DNA of 28,888 nucleotides from Armatimonadota bacterium (GTDB lineage: Bacteria > Armatimonadota > Zipacnadia > Zipacnadales > UBA5352). Position numbers and translations under genes: made by a program. Positions 8,672-17,154 of this stretch are shown here, piece after piece; the first letter of the stretch is position 1, and each line of letters opens with the position of its first letter. The DNA lies in assembly GCA_034722055.1 (NCBI GenBank), contig JAYENL010000208.1:1-28888 (forward strand), given 5' to 3'. The notes beneath the pieces are model-generated. The model did no database searches and was not told where the DNA came from. It saw only the letters and a program-made list of their open reading frames with translations.

Positions 8672-9514
8672 TCAGTCGCCGACGCTCGCGCTCCCGGGGT
8701 GGATGACGGCCAGCAACACCAGCCCGGCGGCGGGGCTGACACCGAGAGCCTTTGCGTTGAATGAGGTGACATCGGCCACGGTCCCGCCCTCCATCGACAG
8801 GATGACATTCTCCTGACCGTTGCCGCGCGCCAGTATCACCAGGTCCGGCGCATTGTGGTCCTCGGATAGCAGCCCGCGCGGCATGTCTTGGGGTGCGAAC
8901 AGCAGCCCGGTCGGCACGTAGCCTCCTGAGCCGCGCGAGGACATTGAGACCGCCTGCAGGGGCACCTCCCGGCCACCACTACGCATCAGCAGCCCGGCGA
9001 TCGGCGCTGTTGGCTTTCTATCGCCCGCCCCCCACTTGACTCGGTCGCAGATGAAGCGCACCATCTCATACTTCACGTCTGCCTCGGGATCGGGGATCAA
9101 GTGCGGATACGAGGACGGATTGGCCTGCTGCACGGCCTGGATCTGAGCGTCCTTGAGCAGGAAGCCGAACAGATTGCCGCCTGTCATCCAGCCCACATCC
9201 GCGTAGACCGTATACTCTCCCTCGGCTCTGGCAAGCTTGGGCGAGGCTTTGTCCAGACGCTTCATGATCGTGAACTGGCTCTGGCCCCCGCCATCATCAG
9301 GCACCAGCCGGAAGCTGACGCATTTCACGAAGTCGCGATGTCCCGGAGCATCGGCCGTGCCGGGAACGCCGGGAATCTTGACGAAGACCCCAAGTGGCCT
9401 CTCGGGCCGCTCCCCGAACGCGGTCTTGGCATATCCGTGTGCGCCGAACGCTGTCCCGGACGCGAACAGCAACGCGAGAATGCCCAGGACCGCAGCCATT
9501 CGTCCTGTTCGCAT
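8672..9514 (-). CDS. Signal-peptide-bearing protein with an Hcp (T6SS tube)-like domain and a second C-terminal domain
   Basis: N-terminus MRTGRMAAVLGILALLFASGTAFG looks like a Sec signal. 'VFVKIPGVPGTADAPGHRDFVKCVSF...FTIMKRLDKASPKL...FLLKDAQIQAV...EMVRFICDRVKW' follows the Hcp motif order. SD GGAGGG precedes ATG 9514. Confidence 0.7.
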   Translation of the reverse strand: MRTGRMAAVLGILALLFASGTAFGAHGYAKTAFGERPERPLGVFVKIPGVPGTADAPGHRDFVKCVSFRLVPDDGGGQSQFTIMKRLDKASPKLARAEGEYTVYADVGWMTGGNLFGFLLKDAQIQAVQQANPSSYPHLIPDPEADVKYEMVRFICDRVKWGAGDRKPTAPIAGLLMRSGGREVPLQAVSMSSRGSGGYVPTGLLFAPQDMPRGLLSEDHNAPDLVILARGNGQENVILSMEGGTVADVTSFNAKALGVSPAAGLVLLAVIHPGSASVGD

Positions 9515-9823
9515 GATTCTCCCTCCAGCAGTCACATCTCGACTTCACAATCCGCTCATATATGTAGTTGAGTACGCCACGCGTAGGGACCTTCCTCGTG
9601 GCCCATCTCAGTGCTGGCTCCCGGCGCGGGTCGGTGCCGTTGCCCAGCCATGTGCGTGGCACGACCCGGCGCATGTGAACATGCGCCGCTCCGAACGACG
9701 AACGGCAGGAGTCTCCCCCACCCCCGCGGAAACGCCCCCGGACGCGGGAGCATCGCATTACCGAACCCCGGCAGTGTGTGCGGCAGACCGCGAAGACTTC
9801 GCGAGCGAAGTGAGGGAAGTCAT

Positions 9824-10762
9824 ATGCCCGAGATCATCTCCGTTGGCGAGCTGATCGTGGACGTCATGCGCATGGAGGTGGACGAGCCGCTCGACGAGCC
9901 CGGAGTCTTCGCCGGTGCCTTTCCCAGCGGCGCGCCCGCCATCTTCACCGACCAGTGCGCGCTGCTGGGCCGCTCGGCGGGATTCATCGGCGCGGTGGGC
10001 AATGATGACTTCGGCCGCATGGACATCCGCCGCTTCGAGGAGCATGGCGTGGACACCACCTATGTGGCGGTGGTGGACGAGCTCTCCACCGGCTGCGCCT
10101 TCGTGACCTACTTCAGTAATGGCGACCGGCGCTTCCTGTTCCACATCGGCAACTCCGCCGCCAGCCACCTCCCCGAGCCGCCACCGGAGTACTTCGAGGG
10201 CTGCCGGTGGCTGCATGTGTGCGGCTCGTCGCTGTCGGCGGGTGAGCGCATGCGCGATGACTGCTATCGGGCGGCGGAGCTGGCGTACGAGGCCGGGGCG
10301 CAGGTCTCCCTGGACCCGAACCTGCGGCCGGAGCTGCTGGGCGGCGAGCAGGCGGTGCGCGAGGTGTGCGAGCCGGTGCTGCGGCTTGCCTCGCTGGTGC
10401 TGCCCAGCGCCTCCGAGGCCGAGGTGCTGACGGAGACCTCGATGGCCGAGGACGCCTGCCAGGCGCTGATAGACCGCGGGGTGGAGATCGTGGCGCTCAA
10501 GCGCGGCGCCGAGGGCTGCACGGCGGTCACGCGCGAGGGCGTGGTGGACGTGCCCGGCTACCCGGTGGAGTCGGTCGATCCCACCGGTGCGGGCGATTGC
10601 TTCGACGCCGGCTTCGTGGTGGGGCTGACCGAGGGGCTGTCGCTGGCGGAGTGCGGGCGTCTCGCGAACGCCTGCGGCGCGGCGGCCGCCACCGTGCGGG
10701 GGCCGATGGAGGGCTCTCTGACGCGCGAGGAGGCCTTTAGGAGGGCCGAGATCAGCCCCTGA
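9824..10762 (+). CDS. PfkB-family carbohydrate kinase
   Basis: 'SGAPAIF', 'FIGAVGNDDFG', 'SLDPNLRP', 'VALKRGAEG', and the PfkB signature 'DPTGAGDCFDAGF'. GAGGGAAG lies upstream of ATG 9824. Confidence 0.95.
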   Translation: MPEIISVGELIVDVMRMEVDEPLDEPGVFAGAFPSGAPAIFTDQCALLGRSAGFIGAVGNDDFGRMDIRRFEEHGVDTTYVAVVDELSTGCAFVTYFSNGDRRFLFHIGNSAASHLPEPPPEYFEGCRWLHVCGSSLSAGERMRDDCYRAAELAYEAGAQVSLDPNLRPELLGGEQAVREVCEPVLRLASLVLPSASEAEVLTETSMAEDACQALIDRGVEIVALKRGAEGCTAVTREGVVDVPGYPVESVDPTGAGDCFDAGFVVGLTEGLSLAECGRLANACGAAAATVRGPMEGSLTREEAFRRAEISP

Positions 10763-10845
10763 ACGGCTCCGGTAGGAGACCTGCTGCCTGTACCGAAGTG
10801 ATTCATTGGGTAGGCATCACTCCGGTGACTGAGAGGGTGGTAGAG

Positions 10846-11592
10846 ATGTTCAATCTTACAGGCAGGACAGCGATCGCTACAGGAGCCGCCAGGGGCCTGG
10901 GAGCCGCCATGGCCCGCGGTTTGGCCGAGCAGGGAGCGAACGTGGCGATCTTCGACGTAATGGACGCCACCGAAACCTGTGAGCAGATCGGCGGGGAGTG
11001 CGGGGTGCAGTCGAAGTACTACGAGGTGGATGTCACCGACGAGGACTGCATCCGCGAGGCCATCCAGGACGTTGTGGATGACTTCGGGGGCATAAAGATA
11101 CTGCTCAACAACGCGGGGATCTATCGGCAGACGCCTGTCACCGAGACGGAGCGCGAGGACTGGCAGGAAATCCTCGATGTGGACCTCACAGGCTACTTCC
11201 TTATGGCGAAGCACGTGATCCCACACATGCCCCAGGGCGGACGGATCATCAATGTCGCGTCCGTAGCAGGCCATGACGCCTTCGAGCAATCCGCTGCCTA
11301 CTGTGTCGCCAAGGGCGGCGTAATCGAGCTTACCCGCTCCCTGGCCTTTGAGTTCGGGCCCGACGGCATCACGGTGAACGCGATCTGTCCTGGAACGTTC
11401 GAGACCGAGATGACCAGTGACATGCTGCAGGATCCACACTTCCGGGAGAAGATCCAGAGGCAGGTACCTCTGGGCAGAGTGGGCCAGCCCCAGGACTTGG
11501 CAGGACTGGCGGTCTACCTCGCCTCAGACGAGTCCAGCTACATGTCGGGCTCAATCATCGACATCGACGGGGGCTGGACCTGCCACATCTGA
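10846..11592 (+). CDS. Classical SDR NAD(P)-dependent oxidoreductase (KduD/gluconate-5-dehydrogenase-like)
   Basis: TGAARGLG (TGxxxGxG), NNAG, catalytic Ser and YCVAK (YxxxK), 'VNAICPG', 'IDGGW'. Confidence 0.92.
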   Translation: MFNLTGRTAIATGAARGLGAAMARGLAEQGANVAIFDVMDATETCEQIGGECGVQSKYYEVDVTDEDCIREAIQDVVDDFGGIKILLNNAGIYRQTPVTETEREDWQEILDVDLTGYFLMAKHVIPHMPQGGRIINVASVAGHDAFEQSAAYCVAKGGVIELTRSLAFEFGPDGITVNAICPGTFETEMTSDMLQDPHFREKIQRQVPLGRVGQPQDLAGLAVYLASDESSYMSGSIIDIDGGWTCHI

Positions 11593-11601
11593 AAAACCTG
11601 A

Positions 11602-11629
11602 AGGGGCCACCGGTCGCCCGGCGGCCCCT
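11602..11629. terminator. Probable bidirectional terminator hairpin
   Basis: AGGGGCCACCGG-TCGC-CCGGCGGCCCCT between the convergent SDR and GT4 stops. Confidence 0.55.
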
Positions 11630-11646
11630 CGACGATCTGTCTCACG

Positions 11647-12873
11647 TCACTTCGCGGGAACTGCGGTCGCCTCGACGGGCTCTCGCACACCGCTCTCGTA
11701 GGTCTCCACGACCTCTCGCGCCATCCGCTCACGGGTGAAGACCTCGGTGGCGCGCTTCCGACCGGCCCGGCCCATCTCCTCACGCAGGTCCTCGTTCTCC
11801 ATGAGCCGGCTGAGCCGGTCCACGAGCGCCTCGGTGTCCTCCTTGGGGATGATGTAGCCCGTCTGCTCATCGACCACCGACTCCGGGAGGCCGCCGCTGC
11901 GGGAGACCACCGTGGGCTTGCCGCAGGCCATGGCCTCCACCGGCACCAGACCGAACGGCTCCTCGCCGATGGTGGGGTAGATGACGACCTCGCACTGGTT
12001 GTAGACCCAGGGCAGCTCCAGGTAGGGGAAGGGCTGGGTGATGATGTGATCCTGCAGGTCCAGGTCCTCGATGCGCTGGAGCACCTCTTCCTTGTAGCCC
12101 TTCAGCTCATCCACCCAGTCCACGATGTCCTCGGTGTCGGTGACGATCAGCACTGCATCGGGGAAGCGGTCACGGATGGTGTCCATGGCCTCGACGCTGT
12201 AGATGACGCCCTTCCAGGGCAGCATCCGAGCGGGGTGGATGATGGCCCGGCGATCGTGCAGGCCCAGCTCATCAGCCCACTTGAGGTCGGTGTTATCGGG
12301 CGTGAACAGGGTGTCGGTGTCGATGCCGTGGTAGATCAGCCGCACGTTGTCCAGATCCGGGGCCTGCTTCATCAGCTCGCTGTGCGTGTGCCTGCTGACG
12401 CTGATGATGCCGTCCCACTCGGTGCGATGCAGCAGGTCCTTACAGATGAACTCGCTCCACACCTCGTGGACGGTCAGGTAGGTGGGCACCCCCTCGTCGC
12501 GCAGCTCGGTCAGAGCCAGACCGTACTCGGGCAGGAAGTGGTGGAAGTTGTGGGCGTGGATGACGTCGATGTCGCGCTCGCGGACGAAGTGGGCGTAGAA
12601 GCGCCGTACCTGCTCCTGAAGCTCAGGCCAGACCTCCTCTGCCTCGAAGCCGGCCTCCTCCTTCCGCTCGCGGACCATCATGGGGTTCATCAGGTCGCGT
12701 CGATGGATCTGGATGCTCTGAAGGGTCTCCTCGGGCGGGCTGTCCTCGAGCGACCCCACGAGCGCGTGTACCTCGTGGCCCTGTGCAGCCAGCTCCGCCG
12801 ACAGGTCCAGCAGGTGCGACTCAACTCCTCCGGTCGTGGGGTAGAATGCGTAGTGCGTCTGGCAGATCTTCAT
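11647..12873 (-). CDS. Glycosyltransferase family 4 (GT-B, retaining)
   Basis: 'GGVE', 'GHEVHAL', 'DVIHAHN', 'ISVS', 'IYHGID', 'ARM.PWKG', and the EX7E motif 'EPFGLVPVEAMACGKP'. Confidence 0.93.
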   Translation of the reverse strand: MKICQTHYAFYPTTGGVESHLLDLSAELAAQGHEVHALVGSLEDSPPEETLQSIQIHRRDLMNPMMVRERKEEAGFEAEEVWPELQEQVRRFYAHFVRERDIDVIHAHNFHHFLPEYGLALTELRDEGVPTYLTVHEVWSEFICKDLLHRTEWDGIISVSRHTHSELMKQAPDLDNVRLIYHGIDTDTLFTPDNTDLKWADELGLHDRRAIIHPARMLPWKGVIYSVEAMDTIRDRFPDAVLIVTDTEDIVDWVDELKGYKEEVLQRIEDLDLQDHIITQPFPYLELPWVYNQCEVVIYPTIGEEPFGLVPVEAMACGKPTVVSRSGGLPESVVDEQTGYIIPKEDTEALVDRLSRLMENEDLREEMGRAGRKRATEVFTRERMAREVVETYESGVREPVEATAVPAK

Positions 12874-12943
12874 CCTCTATCCACCTCGATTCGAGAGATT
12901 GTGTCGAAGCCGCGAAGACACGGCCTTCAGTATCAGGGCAAAT

Positions 12944-14020
12944 CTACGGAGATGACAGAAAGACCTCACTGTGGTCGGCCAGAAGGAACTGACCGCCGGC
13001 AGGGCGGTGATTGTTGTACTCCAGCCTGACCTGCCTCCCCAGGATGCTTGAATCGAGGCGCACGTCAACGCCCTCGATGTGGCAGTCGGGCATGACGATG
13101 CTGTTCTCGATCTCCACGTCCACCAGCGATGATCCCTCGCCGATGGAGGTGAAGGGCCCGACGAAGGAGCGCGCAACATGGCACTCGGAGGCGATGGTCA
13201 CCGGGCCGCGGATCAGACTGTCCTCGACCACCGCGCCATCCTGGACGTACACCCGGCCCTCGATCTTGCATTCGAGGTCGGCCGGGTCCACAGCCTCATC
13301 GGGCGGCAGGGCCTCAAGCAGCAGCCGGTTGACATCCAGCACCTGCTCGGGCTTACCCGTATCCCGCCACCAGCCGCTGGCCCTGAAGGCCGCTACCTCG
13401 CCGCCGTTGGCGATGAGATGCTGGATGGCGCCGGTGATCTCCAGCTCCCCCCGGGCGGAGGGCGTGATGGAGTCGATGGCGTCGAAGATGGCCGGGGCGA
13501 ACATGTAGGCCCCCGTCAACGCCAGATTGCTGGGCGGATCCGCAGGCTTCTCCTCGACCGCGGTGAGGCGGCCATTCCTGTCCAGTTGGGCCACGCCGAA
13601 GCGGCGCGGATCCGGCACCGGCGCCAGCAGCACGGCGGCCGGACCGTCCTGTTGCGACGCCTTCTGCACGAACTCGCTGATGCCGTTCTCGAACAGGTTA
13701 TCGCCCAGGTAGACGACGAAGCGCTCGTCGGCCACGAAGTCCTGAGCCACCTGCACGGCATGCGCCAGACCTCTGGGGGATTCCTGCACTGCGTAGGTAA
13801 TCGGCATACCCCAGCGCTCGCCGCTGCCCAGGGCCTCTCGCAGGTCCTGGGCCCCCTCCGACACGACCATGCAGGTGGACTCGATGCCCGCGTCGGCCAG
13901 GTCATCGAGCACGTGGAAGAGTATCGGTCGGTTCGCAACCGGAATGAGGTGTTTCGCTCCGGTGTGCGTCAACGGTCGCAGGCGCGTGCCGCGACCAGCA
14001 CACAGAACCACTGCCTTCAC
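12944..14020 (-). CDS. rfbA: Glucose-1-phosphate thymidylyltransferase, long form
   Basis: 'AGRGTRLRPLTHTGAKHLIPVANRP', 'QESPRGLAHA', 'YLGDN', 'EEKP', 'SARGELEIT', 'WRDTG', plus a C-terminal beta-helix. GTG start with AGAGGGTG SD. Confidence 0.9.
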   Translation of the reverse strand: MKAVVLCAGRGTRLRPLTHTGAKHLIPVANRPILFHVLDDLADAGIESTCMVVSEGAQDLREALGSGERWGMPITYAVQESPRGLAHAVQVAQDFVADERFVVYLGDNLFENGISEFVQKASQQDGPAAVLLAPVPDPRRFGVAQLDRNGRLTAVEEKPADPPSNLALTGAYMFAPAIFDAIDSITPSARGELEITGAIQHLIANGGEVAAFRASGWWRDTGKPEQVLDVNRLLLEALPPDEAVDPADLECKIEGRVYVQDGAVVEDSLIRGPVTIASECHVARSFVGPFTSIGEGSSLVDVEIENSIVMPDCHIEGVDVRLDSSILGRQVRLEYNNHRPAGGQFLLADHSEVFLSSP

Positions 14021-14275
14021 GCGCCATCACCCTCTATCCGGTGTGCCCGGCCGCCTGCCTCCTGGCGGGCACACCTTCACTTACGCTGCGGTCAACGCTT
14101 CTTGCTGCTTGTTGGGATGGATTGTGCATCTTACCCCCGGGGCAGGCCATCGCCCACTCCGCAACCTCGCCAGCCTGTTCGGTCAACCTGCGGAGATGTG
14201 CAGGTTTCGTGCGCAATCCTCTCCTGCCCAAGAAGAACTCACTGCTCATCCCCGCCACTTGGCTATGAACGACTG

Positions 14276-14319
14276 CTTGACATGGATAGTGTATAACATA
14301 TGAGTCTATTGTTGTCAAG
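14276..14319. promoter_or_regulatory. AT-rich island with two oppositely oriented TTGACA hexamers in the divergent rfbA / GHL10 spacer
   Basis: CTTGACA-TGG-ATAG...CTAT-TGT-TGTCAAG. On the minus strand: TTGACA-17nt-TATACA, or 19nt-TACACT. Confidence 0.55.
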
Positions 14320-14536
14320 GCCACTGCGCCGGACCGACTCGCCTGTGGCGGGGTTCACCCCGCCCCCAATTCAGCCCATCTCCCCCGCACGAGCGCGGAC
14401 CAGCTCCTAATAGACCCGGCCTCTCCTCTCCTCCTCTCACCCGGAGGTTTTCCAGCGATCCACTCCGAAGTGAATCACGTGAGGTCACAGCGTCTCGATG
14501 ACTCCAATATCGGGTGTCAACTGGAGGTGCCCCAGC

Positions 14537-16429
14537 ATGCGCGCATTCGCCACGTGGTTCGTCGTCGGCGCTCTGGCGGCGGCCTGCCCCTGCCATGGTC
14601 AGCCTGCGCCGCCGGCCGCCGACGCCCACACTCTCCTCCTGGCCCACTTCGATGAGGACTTCGACGCTGATCACGCGGCGGGTGACGCGGCCGCGGAGGC
14701 CAACGGCGCGGAGCTGGTCGAGGACGGCAAGTGGGGCGGCGCGGTGCGCCTCAGCGGGGGCCGGGACCTCAGCTTCGCCAGCGAGGACAACCTCGACATG
14801 GCCGCCGGAACGCTCATGTTCTGGTTCAAGCCCGACTGGGAGCCCGGCGCGCCGCGCTCGCACGGGCTGCTGTCGATGAGGCTGGACGGCGATCCGCCCG
14901 GCTACCTGGTGCTCAGCCAGGGCTGGTGGGAGACCTCCGGCGGCGCCGGCCGCATGTACTTCGTCTACGACAACCAGGCCTACATGCACTGCAACACGCA
15001 GGCCTTCGCCAACATGAAGCAGGAGAAGCTTAGCCGCTGGCACCACGTCGTCCTGACCTGGGCGGAGGGCGAGCCAGGCCACAACGCCATCTACATCGAC
15101 GGGGAGCGCGCGGCGAAGACCGTGAAGGACTGCGGCACGGTGCGGCGGCCCAGGAGCCGGCTGTTCGTGGGCTCCGACCGGGCGCAGACCGGCGGGCAGC
15201 GCTGGGCCCACGGCCTCCTCGATGAGCTGGTGATCCTGGACTACGCCGTGGGCGACGACGAGATCGCGCAGGCCTTCCGCGCCCAGGAGCCGCGGTGGGA
15301 GGAGATCCAGGCCCAGCGCTGGGCGTGGCTGACCGAGGTGCTGGAGGGCCCGGAGCCGGAGCTGCCTCGGGACGAGGAGGGGCGGCTGCTGGAGAGTCGC
15401 GCGATTCTCGACGAGGGCACCGGCTGGAGCGACCCCGAGCATATCCCGGACATCATCGCCAGGATCAAGCGCGCCGGCTTCAACGTCTACATCCCGTGCA
15501 TCTGGCACGGTCGCGGGACGCGCTGGGCGTTCGAGGGCTACCCCAGCGATCCGCGCATGACGCAACGCCTGGAGGCCATGGAGGTCGATCCGCTGGAGCT
15601 GCTCATCGAGCAGTGCCACGCGGAGGGCATCGAGGTGCATCCCTGGTTCTGCGTGGTGAAGCGGGAGGGCGATGTGCTGCCGCAGTTCGTGGAGGAGGGC
15701 ACGCCCAGCGGCTTCTTCGACGCCCACCGGCCCCAGTTCCGGGACTTCATCGTAGGGCTGATGATCCAGGTCATTCGCGAGTACGAGGTGGATGGCGTCA
15801 ATCTCGACTTTATCCGCACCGGCGGGCTGTGCACGGGACCGCTGTGCCGGCAGGAGTACCGCGAGCAGTTCGGCGCCGAGTTGACCGAGGACGTGCAGCG
15901 CAGGACCGAGGAAGGGTGGCCGAACCCCAATATCGTGGAGTGGCAGAACCAGGCCATCTCTGACATCGTGCAGCGCGTGGCCGAGGGCGGCCGGGAGATC
16001 AGGCCGGGGCTGATCGTGAGCGTGGACGGCCACCCTCGTCCGCCCGGCGAGCCCCCGGACGCCAATGGCCGCAATGAGCTGCCCTGGGTCGAGGCCGGGT
16101 GGGTGGACGTGGTCTACAACATGGACTACGGTCGCATGCTCTCGTGGCTGCGCATGGACGCCACCAGGGCGGCCTGCGACCCGCCGGCAGCCATCGTGGA
16201 GCTGTGCGGGAACTACGAGCGTACCGACGAGGGCCAGGTCGTCCCCCGCGAGGGGAAGCTGGTGGCGAAGCACATCGACTTCTGCCGCCGGAAATGGCCG
16301 GGCAACGGGGTGGCGCTTTACATCTGGAGCATGCTCAGCGACGAGCAGATCCAGGCCCTGCGCGCCGGCCCGTTCGCCGAGGACGCAGTTCCCCACTGGA
16401 TCCGCTCGGCAGGCGAGGCGCGGGAGTAG
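14537..16429 (+). CDS. Exported LamG/concanavalin-like + GHL10 (DUF187/YddW-like) putative glycoside hydrolase
   Basis: Signal peptide. LamG motifs 'LLLAHFDE', 'GTLMFWFKP', 'WHHVVLTW', 'IYIDG', 'GLLDEL'. GHL10 motifs 'DPLELLIEQCHAEGIEVHPWF' and 'YEVDGVNLDFIR'. SD GGAGGTG before ATG 14537. Confidence 0.85.
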   Translation: MRAFATWFVVGALAAACPCHGQPAPPAADAHTLLLAHFDEDFDADHAAGDAAAEANGAELVEDGKWGGAVRLSGGRDLSFASEDNLDMAAGTLMFWFKPDWEPGAPRSHGLLSMRLDGDPPGYLVLSQGWWETSGGAGRMYFVYDNQAYMHCNTQAFANMKQEKLSRWHHVVLTWAEGEPGHNAIYIDGERAAKTVKDCGTVRRPRSRLFVGSDRAQTGGQRWAHGLLDELVILDYAVGDDEIAQAFRAQEPRWEEIQAQRWAWLTEVLEGPEPELPRDEEGRLLESRAILDEGTGWSDPEHIPDIIARIKRAGFNVYIPCIWHGRGTRWAFEGYPSDPRMTQRLEAMEVDPLELLIEQCHAEGIEVHPWFCVVKREGDVLPQFVEEGTPSGFFDAHRPQFRDFIVGLMIQVIREYEVDGVNLDFIRTGGLCTGPLCRQEYREQFGAELTEDVQRRTEEGWPNPNIVEWQNQAISDIVQRVAEGGREIRPGLIVSVDGHPRPPGEPPDANGRNELPWVEAGWVDVVYNMDYGRMLSWLRMDATRAACDPPAAIVELCGNYERTDEGQVVPREGKLVAKHIDFCRRKWPGNGVALYIWSMLSDEQIQALRAGPFAEDAVPHWIRSAGEARE

Positions 16430-16487
16430 TGGACCGGCGTAGATTCACTGCCATGCAAGTGCTCCAAGCGAGGCTGATGACCGTGGC

Positions 16488-16543
16488 TTGACGCGACGGG
16501 AGATTGACTATATTCTGTAGTCGATTGGCTACGATCCGTAGTC
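16488..16543 (+). promoter_or_regulatory. Sigma70-type promoter with overlapping operator repeats
   Basis: TTGACG (16488-16493), 17 nt, TATTCT (16511-16516). Alternating GACTAT/GTAGTC/GGCTAC/GTAGTC half-sites span 16506-16543, followed by AGGAG. Confidence 0.75.
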
Positions 16544-16557
16544 AGGAGTAATGCTCC

Positions 16558-17154
16558 ATGTCGCTGTGTGAACTGGCCGCACTGATGAGCGAGGCGAAGT
16601 GCCGCGCGCTGGCGCTGCTGCTACTGCATCCCCAGCGCAAGTACTACCAGCGCGAGATAGCACAGCTTACAGGGCTCCATCTCCGAGCCCTTCAGCGTGC
16701 GCTCGAGCAATTGGTTGACGCGGGGATCCTCGTCCGCGAGGAAAGGGGCAACCAGGTGTTCTACGGCGCCAATCCGGAGTGCCCCATCTTCGAGGAGCTC
16801 ACCCGCATCGTCGTGAAGACGGCTGGCGTCGCCGACAAGCTGCGCGAGGGTCTCGCACCAGTGTCCGATGGAATCGAGTTCGCAGTGCTGTTTGGGTCCT
16901 TTGCTTCCGGCAACTTCCGACCGGGGAGCGATGTGGACGTGCTCGTTGTGGGGGACATCCGGCCTCGCGAGGTCATCGGGGCTCTGTCGGCCGTCGGCCT
17001 CGAACTCGGAAGAGAGGTTAACCCCGTTGTGATGTCGCTCGCCGAGTTTGAGGATCGCGTCAGCCAGGGGGAGGACTTCCTCCGCAACGTCCTCGAAGGG
17101 CCACACGTGCCGCTCATGGGGGACGTCCATGAGACTCGAGGCTCTAGAGGCTGA
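16558..17154 (+). CDS. Winged-HTH + minimal nucleotidyltransferase (MNT) antitoxin
   Basis: ArsR-like wHTH 'YQREIAQLTGL..RALQRALEQLVDAGIL.RE.RGNQVFY'. Pol-beta motif 'LFGSFASG....SDVDVLVVG'. Confidence 0.88.
   Translation: MSLCELAALMSEAKCRALALLLLHPQRKYYQREIAQLTGLHLRALQRALEQLVDAGILVREERGNQVFYGANPECPIFEELTRIVVKTAGVADKLREGLAPVSDGIEFAVLFGSFASGNFRPGSDVDVLVVGDIRPREVIGALSAVGLELGREVNPVVMSLAEFEDRVSQGEDFLRNVLEGPHVPLMGDVHETRGSRG

Noticed and set aside
5288..9514. PilB and the Hcp-like gene as parts of one secretion system
   Set aside because: They are separated by an oppositely oriented URO-D gene and a hairpin, and no membrane platform or secretin genes are present. Only conserved synteny in other genomes would revive this.
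14285..14320. Possible dif site, given xerC in the window (ATATGTTATAC resembles a XerD arm)
   Set aside because: Only 8/11 match on one arm and no acceptable partner arm at 6-bp spacing; the promoter reading fits better.
14034..14324. Small minus-strand ORF upstream of rfbA (96 aa)
   Set aside because: It starts across the promoter-like AT island, has atypical codon usage and no recognisable motif.
14318..14400. GCCACTG suggesting a cobalamin riboswitch
   Set aside because: No accompanying GGGAA or B12-box elements and the flanking genes are unrelated to B12.
14315..16396. 693-aa antisense ORF and other long shadow ORFs (e.g. 25141-26661 minus, 5792-6787 plus, 13178-14296 plus)
   Set aside because: They lie opposite well-supported genes; stop-free antisense frames are expected at high GC3 and they show no motifs.
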